Positions 41,193 to 50,039 of a stretch of 64,000 nt of DNA are shown here, piece after piece. The stretch is from Thermodesulfobacteriota bacterium (GTDB lineage: Bacteria; Desulfobacterota_D; UBA1144; Nemesobacterales; JAJCZQ01): positions 192,001 through 256,000 of the forward strand of contig CBDBDR010000017.1 in the NCBI GenBank assembly GCA_965203965.1, in the 5' to 3' direction. Position numbers and translations under genes: made by a program. The notes beneath the pieces were generated by a model. It ran no database searches. It was given only the letters and a program-made list of their open reading frames with translations, and had not been told where the DNA came from. Every line of letters starts with the position of its first letter. Positions within the stretch are counted from its first letter, which is position 1.

Positions 41193-42119
41193 CTAATCTC
41201 CCAGTTGTGTTCCAGGTTTGACCTTGTTTCCTCTTAAAAAATCTTCCGTATTGATCCGCTTGCTTCCTTCAAGTTGAAGTTCCAATACATCCAATGATCC
41301 TTCTCCAGTCCCAATTGTTAAAGTTCCCGGTTTGGATTGTAGAACCTCTCCTGGCTTGCCGTTTTTGTTGCTTACAGATACTTTGAATATTTTTAATATT
41401 TTGTTGTTGAGACTTGTAAAAGACCCGGGCCAAGGTTGTGTTCCTCTGATTAAATTTCTGATCTCTTCGGCTTTCTTTTCCCAGTTAATTTTCCCTAAAT
41501 CCTTTTTAATCATTGGTGCATAGGTAGCATCGGCATCATTTTGTTTCAGGAGTTTTAGTTTATTTCTTTCCAATTTGTCTATTGTTTCCATCAACAAATC
41601 GGCACCAACCCACGATAGCTTTTCGCTTAACTCTATTGACGTTTCTTCATATTTTATCTCGACTTCTTTTCTTGCAAGCATATCGCCGGTGTCCATACCT
41701 TTGTCCATAAGCATTATGGTAACGCCTGTCTTTTTCTCACCATTTGTTATTGCCCAATTTATAGGTGCGGCACCCCTGTATTTGGGCAGGAGTGAGGGAT
41801 GAACATTTATACATCTGTATTTGGGAAGGTTGAGTATGTTTGGTGGAATTATTTTTCCATAAGCGGCTACACATATCAGGTCAGAATCAATATTCTCGAT
41901 CTGCTTGTGAAACTCATCAGTCTTGATATTTTTGGGTTGCAGGACAGGAATTGAGTTTTCCATTGCTAACAGTTTGATAGGTGGTGAAGCAAGTTTTCTC
42001 CCTCTTCCTTTGGATTTATCGGGTTGGCAGACAACACAGATAACCTCGTGCCTTGAATTTATAAGCCTCTTTAAGCACGGAACTGCAAATAGGGGGGTTC
42101 CCATGAAAATGATCTTCAT
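41193..42119 (-). CDS. fmt: Methionyl-tRNA formyltransferase
   Basis: IIFMGTP, QPD, INVHPSLLPKYRGAAPI, MDTGD. Confidence 0.98.
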   Translation of the reverse strand: MKIIFMGTPLFAVPCLKRLINSRHEVICVVCQPDKSKGRGRKLASPPIKLLAMENSIPVLQPKNIKTDEFHKQIENIDSDLICVAAYGKIIPPNILNLPKYRCINVHPSLLPKYRGAAPINWAITNGEKKTGVTIMLMDKGMDTGDMLARKEVEIKYEETSIELSEKLSWVGADLLMETIDKLERNKLKLLKQNDADATYAPMIKKDLGKINWEKKAEEIRNLIRGTQPWPGSFTSLNNKILKIFKVSVSNKNGKPGEVLQSKPGTLTIGTGEGSLDVLELQLEGSKRINTEDFLRGNKVKPGTQLGD

Positions 42120-42190
42120 GACGTGCAGTTTTTTGAGTGTGAGAGCATTACTATAAACTTGTAACTCTTGCCCATCAACTACTCCCTGAA

Positions 42191-42207
42191 TGCTTAATTT
42201 ATAGGCA
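42191..42207. promoter_or_regulatory. Candidate NtrC-type binding site upstream of amtB
   Basis: TGCTTAATTTATAGGCA (TGC-N11-GCA dyad). Confidence 0.35.
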
Positions 42208-42364
42208 TTTTCTCAAGTAGATTTTGCAGTAAAATTTATTTTTGCTTTTATTTAAAAAGCGCTTTACTTATTATAACAAACTGTTACTTTAGATTTCAAG
42301 ATAAAATTCTAATTGACGATAGTAATCTATTGAAAAAATAAAAAATATGGGAGGGTCACATAAG

Positions 42365-43702
42365 ATGAAAAGTTTTATTTCTTCAGTAAATAGTGCACCT
42401 TATCTGCGTTTATTGTTCATTCCAGTTATAACCTATGTTTTTCTTATAGGGGTAAAGGCTTATGCGCAGGAAGATGGACCAACGGCAGAGCATGCGGTGT
42501 TTGTTGCAAATAACGTGTGGATGCTTGTTGCAACTTTTCTGGTGTTTATTATGCACCTTGGCTTTGCAACTTTGGAGTCGGGACTTACAAGATCTAAAAA
42601 CACCATAAACATTTTGTTTAAGAACACCTTCATTATATCAATGGGAATAATTACCTACGCGATCTGCGGATTTAATCTAATGTATCCGGATGATTTTTCC
42701 GTAGGGCAGTTTTTGGGGTTCGCGGGACCATGGATATCCGCGCCTGGCGGGGCAGATGGTCTTATTGCCTATGCTGATGGTGGATATACCTACTGGACGG
42801 ACTTTATTTTTCAGGCAATGTTTGCTGCAACTGCCGCGACCATAGTTTCGGGTGCTGTTGCGGAGAGGGTGAAGCTCAGCAGTTTCATGGTATTTGCAAC
42901 GGTTTTTGTAGCTTTTGTTTACCCAATCGCAGGTTCGTGGAAATGGGGTGGTGGCTGGTTGGATCAGATGGGTTTTTATGATTTTGCGGGTTCAACCATT
43001 GTGCATAGTGTTGGAGGATGGGCAGCTTTGGTAGGTGCTTTCATTCTTGGTCCCAGAATAGGGAAATACACTTCTTCAGGAATGAAACTTATCCCAGCTC
43101 ATGCTTTGCCGCTGCCGGCAATAGGAGTATTTTTACTATGGGTTGGCTGGTATGGGTTCAATGGTGGTTCAGTGCTTTCTGCAGATCCAGAACTTGTGTC
43201 ATTGGTATTTGTTACTACCACGCTTGCGGCTTGTTCAGGAGTAATTGCTGCAATGTTTCTCTCGTGGATAGTGAATAAAAAGCCTGATCTTTCTCTTACG
43301 CTAAATGGTGCTCTCGCGGGACTTGTTGGTGTTACGGCCGGGGCTGATGTTGTGACGCCTGCCGGCGCCGTTTTAATAGGGTTGATTGCAGGGTGCATAG
43401 TGGTAGTTTCAGTAATATTTTTTGATAAAATTAGGATTGACGACCCTGTCGGAGCAATCTCCGTTCACCTTGTATGTGGAATTTGGGGTACACTTGCAGT
43501 GGGTTTATTCAGCACCAACCCTGAGCATAGCTTTTTTGTTCAGTTGGTCGGAGTAGTTGCCTACGGATTGTTCACTATTGTATGCTCGTTTGTGATCTTT
43601 ATGTCCATTAAGGCGATTATGGGTGTTAGGGTAAGTGAGGAAGAAGAGATCAGGGGTTTAGATCTAGCAGAGCATGGTATGGAAGCCTATCCAGATTTTT
43701 AA
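42365..43702 (+). CDS. amtB: Ammonium transporter
   Basis: FQAMFAAT, SGAVAER, DFAGSTIVH, WYGFNGGS, DDPVGAISVH; start 42365 (GGAGG upstream) or 42347. Confidence 0.97.
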   Translation: MKSFISSVNSAPYLRLLFIPVITYVFLIGVKAYAQEDGPTAEHAVFVANNVWMLVATFLVFIMHLGFATLESGLTRSKNTINILFKNTFIISMGIITYAICGFNLMYPDDFSVGQFLGFAGPWISAPGGADGLIAYADGGYTYWTDFIFQAMFAATAATIVSGAVAERVKLSSFMVFATVFVAFVYPIAGSWKWGGGWLDQMGFYDFAGSTIVHSVGGWAALVGAFILGPRIGKYTSSGMKLIPAHALPLPAIGVFLLWVGWYGFNGGSVLSADPELVSLVFVTTTLAACSGVIAAMFLSWIVNKKPDLSLTLNGALAGLVGVTAGADVVTPAGAVLIGLIAGCIVVVSVIFFDKIRIDDPVGAISVHLVCGIWGTLAVGLFSTNPEHSFFVQLVGVVAYGLFTIVCSFVIFMSIKAIMGVRVSEEEEIRGLDLAEHGMEAYPDF

Positions 43703-43804
43703 TCGAGACATAACAATAAAACAGGTTAAATGGAGAGGAGAGATAGATAATGAAAAATGATGAAAAAAAACACAGAAAATTTATATAGGTTAAAGGAGGT
43801 TACA

Positions 43805-44923
43805 ATGAGACAATTACTTGCCAGTGTGTTAATGATTGTTTTGATGCTTGCCGTAATGCCTAGTCAGGCAAAGGCAGAGTCTAATATGTCAGATTTCCTA
43901 AAGAAAGTAGATTTGGGATTTGCTGTTGATACCACTTATCAATACGTTTTTGATAAAGATGATAGAGGGGATATTGTGGAAAGAGGGCTTTACCCCGAGC
44001 ACAACGACTTTTCCATAGATGCATTCACAATTTCAATTGAGAAGGTTCCAACAATGGAAGGAGACACAATTGATCTCGTAGGTTTTCGTGCAGACATTCT
44101 TTTTGGGGAGCAAGCTGAGCGCCTAGGTTTTGGTTTCAACAGTGATGGTGATGGTGCTGTCAGTCCTTATCAAGCTTATGTGAATCTGCTTATTCCGACC
44201 GGAGAAAGTGGTTTTAACTTTTATGCCGGGCAGTTCACGACCTTGGCTGGATGGGAGCTTATAGAGGCAAAGGACAACACCAATATAACCAGATCCCTGC
44301 TCTTTTATAGAATACCCTTTGCACACACTGGTATTCGCACCACCTTCAGTACTGGGCCACTTGATCTCGCTTTGGGTTTGAGCAATGACTGGGACGCAAT
44401 TGATGATGAAAACGATGCAAAAACATTTGAATCTCAGATCGCTCTAAATCTTCCTTATGACGGCTGGGTCGGAGTTACGGGATACTTTGGAAATACTGGC
44501 GAGGAACCCGATGATGAACTTAGAAGCCTCATCACGGTTGTCGGTAGTGTAACTCTTATGGAAAAACTGACTCTGGTTGGGGATTTTGAGTATACGTGGG
44601 ATGATTTAAACGGAGATCGCTGGGGTGTCGCTGGTTACGCAACTCTTGCTATGTCAGACCTTGTATCTCTTTCTTTAAGAGGTGAATACGTTGATGATAG
44701 TGATAGAGTTGATGATATTGGTACTGATAGAATAGAATCAGTTGAGCTTTATGAATTCACTTCAACCTTAATACTCAAACCTTTTTCCCATGAAACAGCG
44801 GGAAATCTTGAGGCAAGGTTAGAATACAGGTACGATAAAGCAGATGGAGACGATAGTGATAGTTATTTTGGGGAAGACGATAACCAGAGCAGTGTTGCCG
44901 TTCAACTTTTATACTGGATGTAA
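43805..44923 (+). CDS. Outer-membrane beta-barrel porin (putative porin-2/OmpL-like family found beside amt genes)
   Basis: RBS AAGGAGGT; signal peptide AKA; YQAYV, GQFTTLAGWE, PFAHTG, RLEYRYD, aromatic C-terminal strand. Confidence 0.82.
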   Translation: MRQLLASVLMIVLMLAVMPSQAKAESNMSDFLKKVDLGFAVDTTYQYVFDKDDRGDIVERGLYPEHNDFSIDAFTISIEKVPTMEGDTIDLVGFRADILFGEQAERLGFGFNSDGDGAVSPYQAYVNLLIPTGESGFNFYAGQFTTLAGWELIEAKDNTNITRSLLFYRIPFAHTGIRTTFSTGPLDLALGLSNDWDAIDDENDAKTFESQIALNLPYDGWVGVTGYFGNTGEEPDDELRSLITVVGSVTLMEKLTLVGDFEYTWDDLNGDRWGVAGYATLAMSDLVSLSLRGEYVDDSDRVDDIGTDRIESVELYEFTSTLILKPFSHETAGNLEARLEYRYDKADGDDSDSYFGEDDNQSSVAVQLLYWM

Positions 44924-44989
44924 AAAAGAGAAGAGAGGGATAAATTAGTATAGTTCCCTAACTTTCATTTTTGAATGTGTTTACATTGT

Positions 44990-45033
44990 GCAGGATTTGC
45001 CCTTAGTTATATAGTGGTAAATCCTGCTTTTTT
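44990..45033 (+). terminator. Rho-independent terminator of the amtB-porin operon
   Basis: GCAGGATTTGCC...GGTAAATCCTGC stem followed by TTTTTT. Confidence 0.75.
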
Positions 45034-45117
45034 ATTTGGCAAATTAACTTCATTTCTTGAAACGATAAGCCTTCTTGATAGAATTATTGCCCATCTTATT
45101 ATCAACAGAATTTTGAT

Positions 45118-45190
45118 GCCCGGATAGCTCAGTAGGTAGAGCAGAGGACTGAAAATCCTCGTGTCGGTGGTTCGAATCCGCCTCCGGGCA
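45118..45190 (+). tRNA. tRNA-Phe(GAA), CCA not encoded
   Basis: GCCCGGATAGCTCAG...CTGAAAA...GGTTCGAATCC...CCGGGCA. Confidence 0.96.
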
Positions 45191-45360
45191 TACTAAATTA
45201 AAATCCTACAAATTTCACAAGGCTGCGTGAGTTAATTTGCATAAAGGCCTTCCAAATTAACACTTCATCCTTACGTTCATCATTTTTATAGTTGAAATAA
45301 GCCATAACAAATGTTTATTATTACTCTATAAATTTTATAAATTGACTTGGAGGCCACAGT

Positions 45361-45774
45361 ATGAGATTTTCTGAATACCTGAAATGCAAGAGAAGACAAA
45401 GGAATATTACTCAGGAGAATTTGGCTTGTTGCCTTAATGTTTCAAGTGTATTTATCCATCAACTTGAAACTGGAAAAGTTGATGCACCATCCTATGAAAG
45501 ATGTGAACAGTTGTCTCACATTTTGCAGGTTGATATTGATGAGTTGTGGAGCGTAGCCCAAAGAGAACGGTTGAAAAGGTTTATAGAGAAACAGGATATA
45601 GATGAGACCAATCTTGAAGTATTGACCAAAGAAGAAAGACTGATAGTCAGATTATACAGAAATCTTGATGATGATATGAAGAGAGATTTCAGCAGCATGG
45701 TTTTTATGCTACTGCGCCACTCACAAAATGAAGAAATGAAAAAGGTTTTGGATGAGTTCATGAAATGCGCATGA
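45361..45774 (+). CDS. XRE-family helix-turn-helix transcriptional regulator
   Basis: ITQENLACCLNVSSVFIHQLETGK HTH; LTKEERLIVRLYRNL C-terminal helix; RBS GGAGG. Confidence 0.9.
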   Translation: MRFSEYLKCKRRQRNITQENLACCLNVSSVFIHQLETGKVDAPSYERCEQLSHILQVDIDELWSVAQRERLKRFIEKQDIDETNLEVLTKEERLIVRLYRNLDDDMKRDFSSMVFMLLRHSQNEEMKKVLDEFMKCA

Positions 45775-46532
45775 GAACAAAAATCAATCTGATTGGAAAA
45801 ATATTTTTAGTTGAACTGCTCATTTTGTTGCTTATAGGGGTGGTGTTTTATTTTCAATTTTCAAGTGTAAAGGAGGAGTTTGTAAACAAAACAAGGTTCA
45901 TTGCCGAAACAATAGGAGATCAAGCAAGCACTTATTTCTCTGACATAAGTAAAGAACCGACAAGTGATAAGTTCTTCCTTTTTCTTGATGAAAGAATCGG
46001 AAGAGAGAAGTTATTCAATATATTGGATATTTCACCAGAATTTTTTAGTATTGTATTTAAGAAGGACATGGATAAGAGTTCTGTCCCTGGTCATTTCAAC
46101 AAAGATTTTTACCCAACTGAGGAACATTCGGTAACAAAGAGCAAGGGTATTTCCGTTGCCGTTCCATTTATCACGAGTCAACAATCCGAACCGTTTGGTG
46201 TTGTTGAAATTGGTTCCGATAGCATGGCAGTTTTAAAGCAGGTGTTTTCAGATAATTTTTTGCTTTACGTTGCAATGCTGGTTGTATTCAATAATCAAGC
46301 GTACATTCTCTATTTGTTTGCACAAAAAAAGAAGGAAGAGGTTTTGGTTGATAAAGGCTATTTGAAAGAGCATTCTGTGGGTGCATTGAAGATTATGCAC
46401 AAGGTTTTGGGAGATGTTATTGAAGATCATTCTACTGCCAGTGAGAAGTCCGGTTTAAACCATCCCAAAACGGATGAATCAGCAAAGAACGTCATTCCAA
46501 TTTCTAAACTGATAGTGCGAGAAAAAAAGTAA
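45771..46532 (+). CDS. Two-TM membrane protein with periplasmic sensor-like domain and no recognisable output domain
   Basis: TM, extracytoplasmic region ending PFGVVEIG, second TM, short tail; ATGA overlap with the XRE gene. Confidence 0.65.
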   Translation: MRTKINLIGKIFLVELLILLLIGVVFYFQFSSVKEEFVNKTRFIAETIGDQASTYFSDISKEPTSDKFFLFLDERIGREKLFNILDISPEFFSIVFKKDMDKSSVPGHFNKDFYPTEEHSVTKSKGISVAVPFITSQQSEPFGVVEIGSDSMAVLKQVFSDNFLLYVAMLVVFNNQAYILYLFAQKKKEEVLVDKGYLKEHSVGALKIMHKVLGDVIEDHSTASEKSGLNHPKTDESAKNVIPISKLIVREKK

Positions 46533-46897
46533 TGAATGTTTTGTATTTGTTATTGGGGTTGCTATTATCTTTAGCATTATTATCAAGTTGCGATAGTGGT
46601 GGTGGAGAATCCGTTGTGTTGGATGGTCCCATAATGGAAACCTTTACTGAAAGAGACGAAATTGAATATAACGGTGCTGTAACAAATATTTCCGATATAT
46701 CTTTTTCATCTGTTTTTGTTGTTATAACACTGAAAGATGAAAAAGGTGATGTTATTGATATCAAGTCAGTTAGCGTTTTTGATGAGTCTGAGTATGTAAA
46801 ACTGATGCCGGGCGAAAGTGCATTCTTCACTCTTGATTTTAAGTCCAACCCTGATTTGGTTATTAGTAAAGAAGTGGAAGTTTACTATAATGAATAA
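46532..46897 (+). CDS. Lipoprotein, FxLYD-like beta-sandwich
   Basis: Lipobox LSSC; GAVTNIS...V.ITLKDEKGDVID...LMPGESAFF. Confidence 0.7.
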   Translation: MNVLYLLLGLLLSLALLSSCDSGGGESVVLDGPIMETFTERDEIEYNGAVTNISDISFSSVFVVITLKDEKGDVIDIKSVSVFDESEYVKLMPGESAFFTLDFKSNPDLVISKEVEVYYNE

Positions 46898-46995
46898 AAA
46901 GTTTGTTTGCTATTGAATTTTCTTATCATATAGCTAGACTACTTTTGTGGATGGCATAAATTATTCGAGGCAGTTCTGTCTACTAGAAATTATAA

Positions 46996-48069
46996 ATGTC
47001 TATTGTAGGTAATATTTTAAGCATAGGTAATATTTTAAGAAGTAAAAGCGTTGTCGGACTGGACATCGGTTCATCTAATTTAAAATTGGTTGAATTGAAA
47101 AAAAGACGCAATGGTTGCTCCTTGATAAGTCTTGCAGAGACTAGTCTGCCAGTGGATTCCATAGTTGATAAATCCATAAAAGATGTAGATGCCTTAACTA
47201 CTAGTTTGTATAAAATTATTGATGAGTCGGGAATAAAAAATAGAGATGTGGCTATTTCATTATCTGGTAATTCTGTGATGAATAGAGTTATAAAATTGAA
47301 AACCAAGCCGCGCCGTAAATTGAGTGAGTTAGTGATTGAGGAAGTAACTAGTCAAAGATATAAAGTTGAAGATCTGAATTATGATTATGATTTGTTATCC
47401 GAAGAGAGTTCAAGTGGAGAAGTAGAGGTTTTATTTGTTGCAGCAAAAAAAAAGTTTGTAGATGATTACGTGTCTGTAGTGAGAAAGGTCGGGCTGAATC
47501 CCGTTGTGATTAGTATAGACATATTATCGCTGATGGACATGTATGAACTAAATTATGACATCAAATTAGACGAAACTGTGGTATTGATTGATATAGGTGC
47601 TTCTTTTACAACTATTAGTATACTCAAGGGAAGTAAACCTCTTTTCACGAGGCTTTTTCATTTAGGTGGAAATCAGTTTACCGAATTAATAATGAAATCA
47701 CAGGGAGTGAGTTTTGAGAGTGCTGAACGTTCAAAGCGAGAATATACGAGGGATGTTGAGACCCCTTTTGGAATTCAAGGATTAGAGAACGATTATATTG
47801 CAAAAATGGTGATTGAGATTAAAAGGAACATGAGTTTGTTTACATCAAATTTTCCACAGGAAAAAATTTCAGAAGTTGTCTTGAGTGGAGGCTCTCCTAA
47901 TCTGTCTAACATGATGGAGGCTATTGAAGAAATTATAAAAGCGAAAGTAGTTATAGCAGATCCCTTTAGTGCTGTAGAAATAGATAGCAAAAAATTTGAT
48001 GAAGATTACATTGCCGGAGTTTCTTCCAGTATGGCTATTGCAGTAGGATTGGCAGCAAGATGTATGTAG
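46996..48069 (+). CDS. pilM: Type IV pilus assembly protein PilM
   Basis: VGLDIGSSNLK, IDIGAS, LSGG, AVGLA; first gene of pilMNOPQ. Confidence 0.93.
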   Translation: MSIVGNILSIGNILRSKSVVGLDIGSSNLKLVELKKRRNGCSLISLAETSLPVDSIVDKSIKDVDALTTSLYKIIDESGIKNRDVAISLSGNSVMNRVIKLKTKPRRKLSELVIEEVTSQRYKVEDLNYDYDLLSEESSSGEVEVLFVAAKKKFVDDYVSVVRKVGLNPVVISIDILSLMDMYELNYDIKLDETVVLIDIGASFTTISILKGSKPLFTRLFHLGGNQFTELIMKSQGVSFESAERSKREYTRDVETPFGIQGLENDYIAKMVIEIKRNMSLFTSNFPQEKISEVVLSGGSPNLSNMMEAIEEIIKAKVVIADPFSAVEIDSKKFDEDYIAGVSSSMAIAVGLAARCM

Positions 48070-48093
48070 AGAAGTTAATAAAGGTTAATTCTA

Positions 48094-48732
48094 ATGATAA
48101 AAATTAATCTGCTTGAAGGTTATAATAATTCCGACAAGGTTGCAGATACTAAGACAACGATAACTGAATCACCTGTGAAGCAACAAATAGTGGGGCTGAA
48201 AGAAGGTAAAAGGGATATTCTTATAGGTCTATCAGTTGTTTTTGTAGTGGTCGTGAGCTGTTTTGTCATGGATTATATTTATGAAGGAAGAATAGAGAGA
48301 ATAGAAGATAAGATTGCAGTAGTAAAGAAAAGAATGAAAGACTTGTCTCGTGTTGAAAGTCGCCTAAAGGATTTTGAGAATAAAAATGCGCAAGTTCAAA
48401 AAAGAATAAAATTGTTAAATGATTTAGAGAAAAGTAAAACGAATGCTATTTCTCTGATGGGCTTAATATCATACGTTATTCCTGACAGGTTGTGGATTAA
48501 GGAAGTTAGATATGCAGGGCAAGGGATTAAATTTGATGGTGTTTCAGAAAATGAACATCAAGTGGCTGATTTCATAGATGGAATGCAGAAATCAGGTTAT
48601 TTTAAAAATGTGAATCTTAAGCTTATAGAGACGGGGAGAAATAATACTAAACATAATGGTTCTTCTCTAAGAGATTTTTCTATTAATTCAGAAATTGATT
48701 TTACTGACTCCAAACCGCTTCCTGATTCATGA
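48094..48732 (+). CDS. pilN: Type IV pilus assembly protein PilN
   Basis: N-terminal IKINLL, TM, coiled coil, IPDRLWI, YFKNVNL. Confidence 0.92.
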   Translation: MIKINLLEGYNNSDKVADTKTTITESPVKQQIVGLKEGKRDILIGLSVVFVVVVSCFVMDYIYEGRIERIEDKIAVVKKRMKDLSRVESRLKDFENKNAQVQKRIKLLNDLEKSKTNAISLMGLISYVIPDRLWIKEVRYAGQGIKFDGVSENEHQVADFIDGMQKSGYFKNVNLKLIETGRNNTKHNGSSLRDFSINSEIDFTDSKPLPDS

Positions 48733-48764
48733 AGTAATGCTAAACTAATTTATGGTAATAAACT

Positions 48765-49364
48765 ATGTCATTGATAAACACTATTTTGCATTTTCTTAAT
48801 GTTGCTATAGATTTCAGTAACAGACAAACACTGAAGGACAAGCAGATTTCATTGGTAGTAGTTGTTTTGCTTGTATCCGGTGTTTATGGGTATTTTTACT
48901 GGTACCCCAAATATCAGGAGGTGCAGACTAAAACAAGGGATTTAGAAAAAAAAAGAGAAAGGTTAAATGAGTTAAATGAGTTGGAATTAAAACTGACTAG
49001 TTTTCATGCAGAAAGTGAAAAGTTGAACGAGAAATTCAATTTGTTATTGTTAAAACTTCCCAAAGATGATGAGATACCGAAATTGATAGGTAATGTCTAT
49101 TCTGCAATTTCTTCATCTGGTCTTGCACCTGTTAAGTTTATTCCTCTAAAACGAGTGAACAAGTCGTTTTATGCTGAGATACCGATCAGAATAAGTTTGA
49201 AGGGTAGTTATTTTGAGCTTGCAGTTTTTTTCAAAAAACTTGCACAATTGTCAAGGGTTGTGAATGTAAGGGATTTTCATATAAGAAAGGACAAAGTCTC
49301 AGGCAGTGGCGACGCTGGTCTAGATATAACTTTTGTTGTTGTTACTTATAAATTAGTTGAGTAA
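48765..49364 (+). CDS. pilO: Type IV pilus assembly protein PilO
   Basis: TM, coiled coil, LPKDDEIPKL, FYAEIPI, GSYFEL...LSRVVNV. Confidence 0.93.
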   Translation: MSLINTILHFLNVAIDFSNRQTLKDKQISLVVVVLLVSGVYGYFYWYPKYQEVQTKTRDLEKKRERLNELNELELKLTSFHAESEKLNEKFNLLLLKLPKDDEIPKLIGNVYSAISSSGLAPVKFIPLKRVNKSFYAEIPIRISLKGSYFELAVFFKKLAQLSRVVNVRDFHIRKDKVSGSGDAGLDITFVVVTYKLVE

Positions 49365-49436
49365 TAAGGTAATGAGGATAATTAATACACCGAAATTTGT
49401 GTATTTTTTACTTTGCACTCTGCGCAGTAAATTATA

Positions 49437-50024
49437 ATGAGTTTTTCCAAATCATTTATAGTGATACATATTATACTGTTTTTCCCAGTGTTTATGGGGT
49501 ATTCTGCCTGGGCTGAAGAAGTTAAAGAAAACACTGAAGAACTTGAGGAAGTTAAGGAGAACAACGTAACCGATGACAAATTAGCTGTTATTCCCCTCTA
49601 TCTAATTGAGGCGATAGAGAAACGGGATCCTTTTAAATCATTTATTACAATTAAAAAATTTGAAGAAAAAGATGATAGAAAAGAAGGCAAACTCATTGTC
49701 AAAAATGATGATGTGGAGCATGAGGTAGAACCCGATATTTCCGAAGATACACCAAGTATTAAACTTTTTTCTTTAGATAAATACAGGATTACTGGTATAA
49801 TGTTACAGAGTAGGAGTAAATCCAAGGCACTTATAGTCGATCCTGAAGGTAATTCTTATTTTATAGGTAAAAATGATGAAATTGGTAACAGAAGAGGAAT
49901 AATTTTAGAAGTAGAAATGGATGGGTTATTGGTAAGAGAAAAGGTAATCTATGAGAGCGAGTCGGGCAAGCGGAGAGTAGAGGTTAAGGACTCGTTTCTG
50001 GAATATATTGTTGGTGATGAGTAA
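49437..50024 (+). CDS. pilP: Type IV pilus assembly protein PilP-like
   Basis: RDPF, ITGIM, ALIVDPEG, IGNRRG; lies between pilO and pilQ; no clear lipobox. Confidence 0.82.
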   Translation: MSFSKSFIVIHIILFFPVFMGYSAWAEEVKENTEELEEVKENNVTDDKLAVIPLYLIEAIEKRDPFKSFITIKKFEEKDDRKEGKLIVKNDDVEHEVEPDISEDTPSIKLFSLDKYRITGIMLQSRSKSKALIVDPEGNSYFIGKNDEIGNRRGIILEVEMDGLLVREKVIYESESGKRRVEVKDSFLEYIVGDE

Positions 50025-50039
50025 AATTCACAGAATTGA

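Noticed and set aside
12455..45190. tRNA-Lys and tRNA-Phe lack encoded CCA while Glu, Asn and Ser have it
   Set aside because: Common in bacteria with a CCA-adding enzyme; not unusual.
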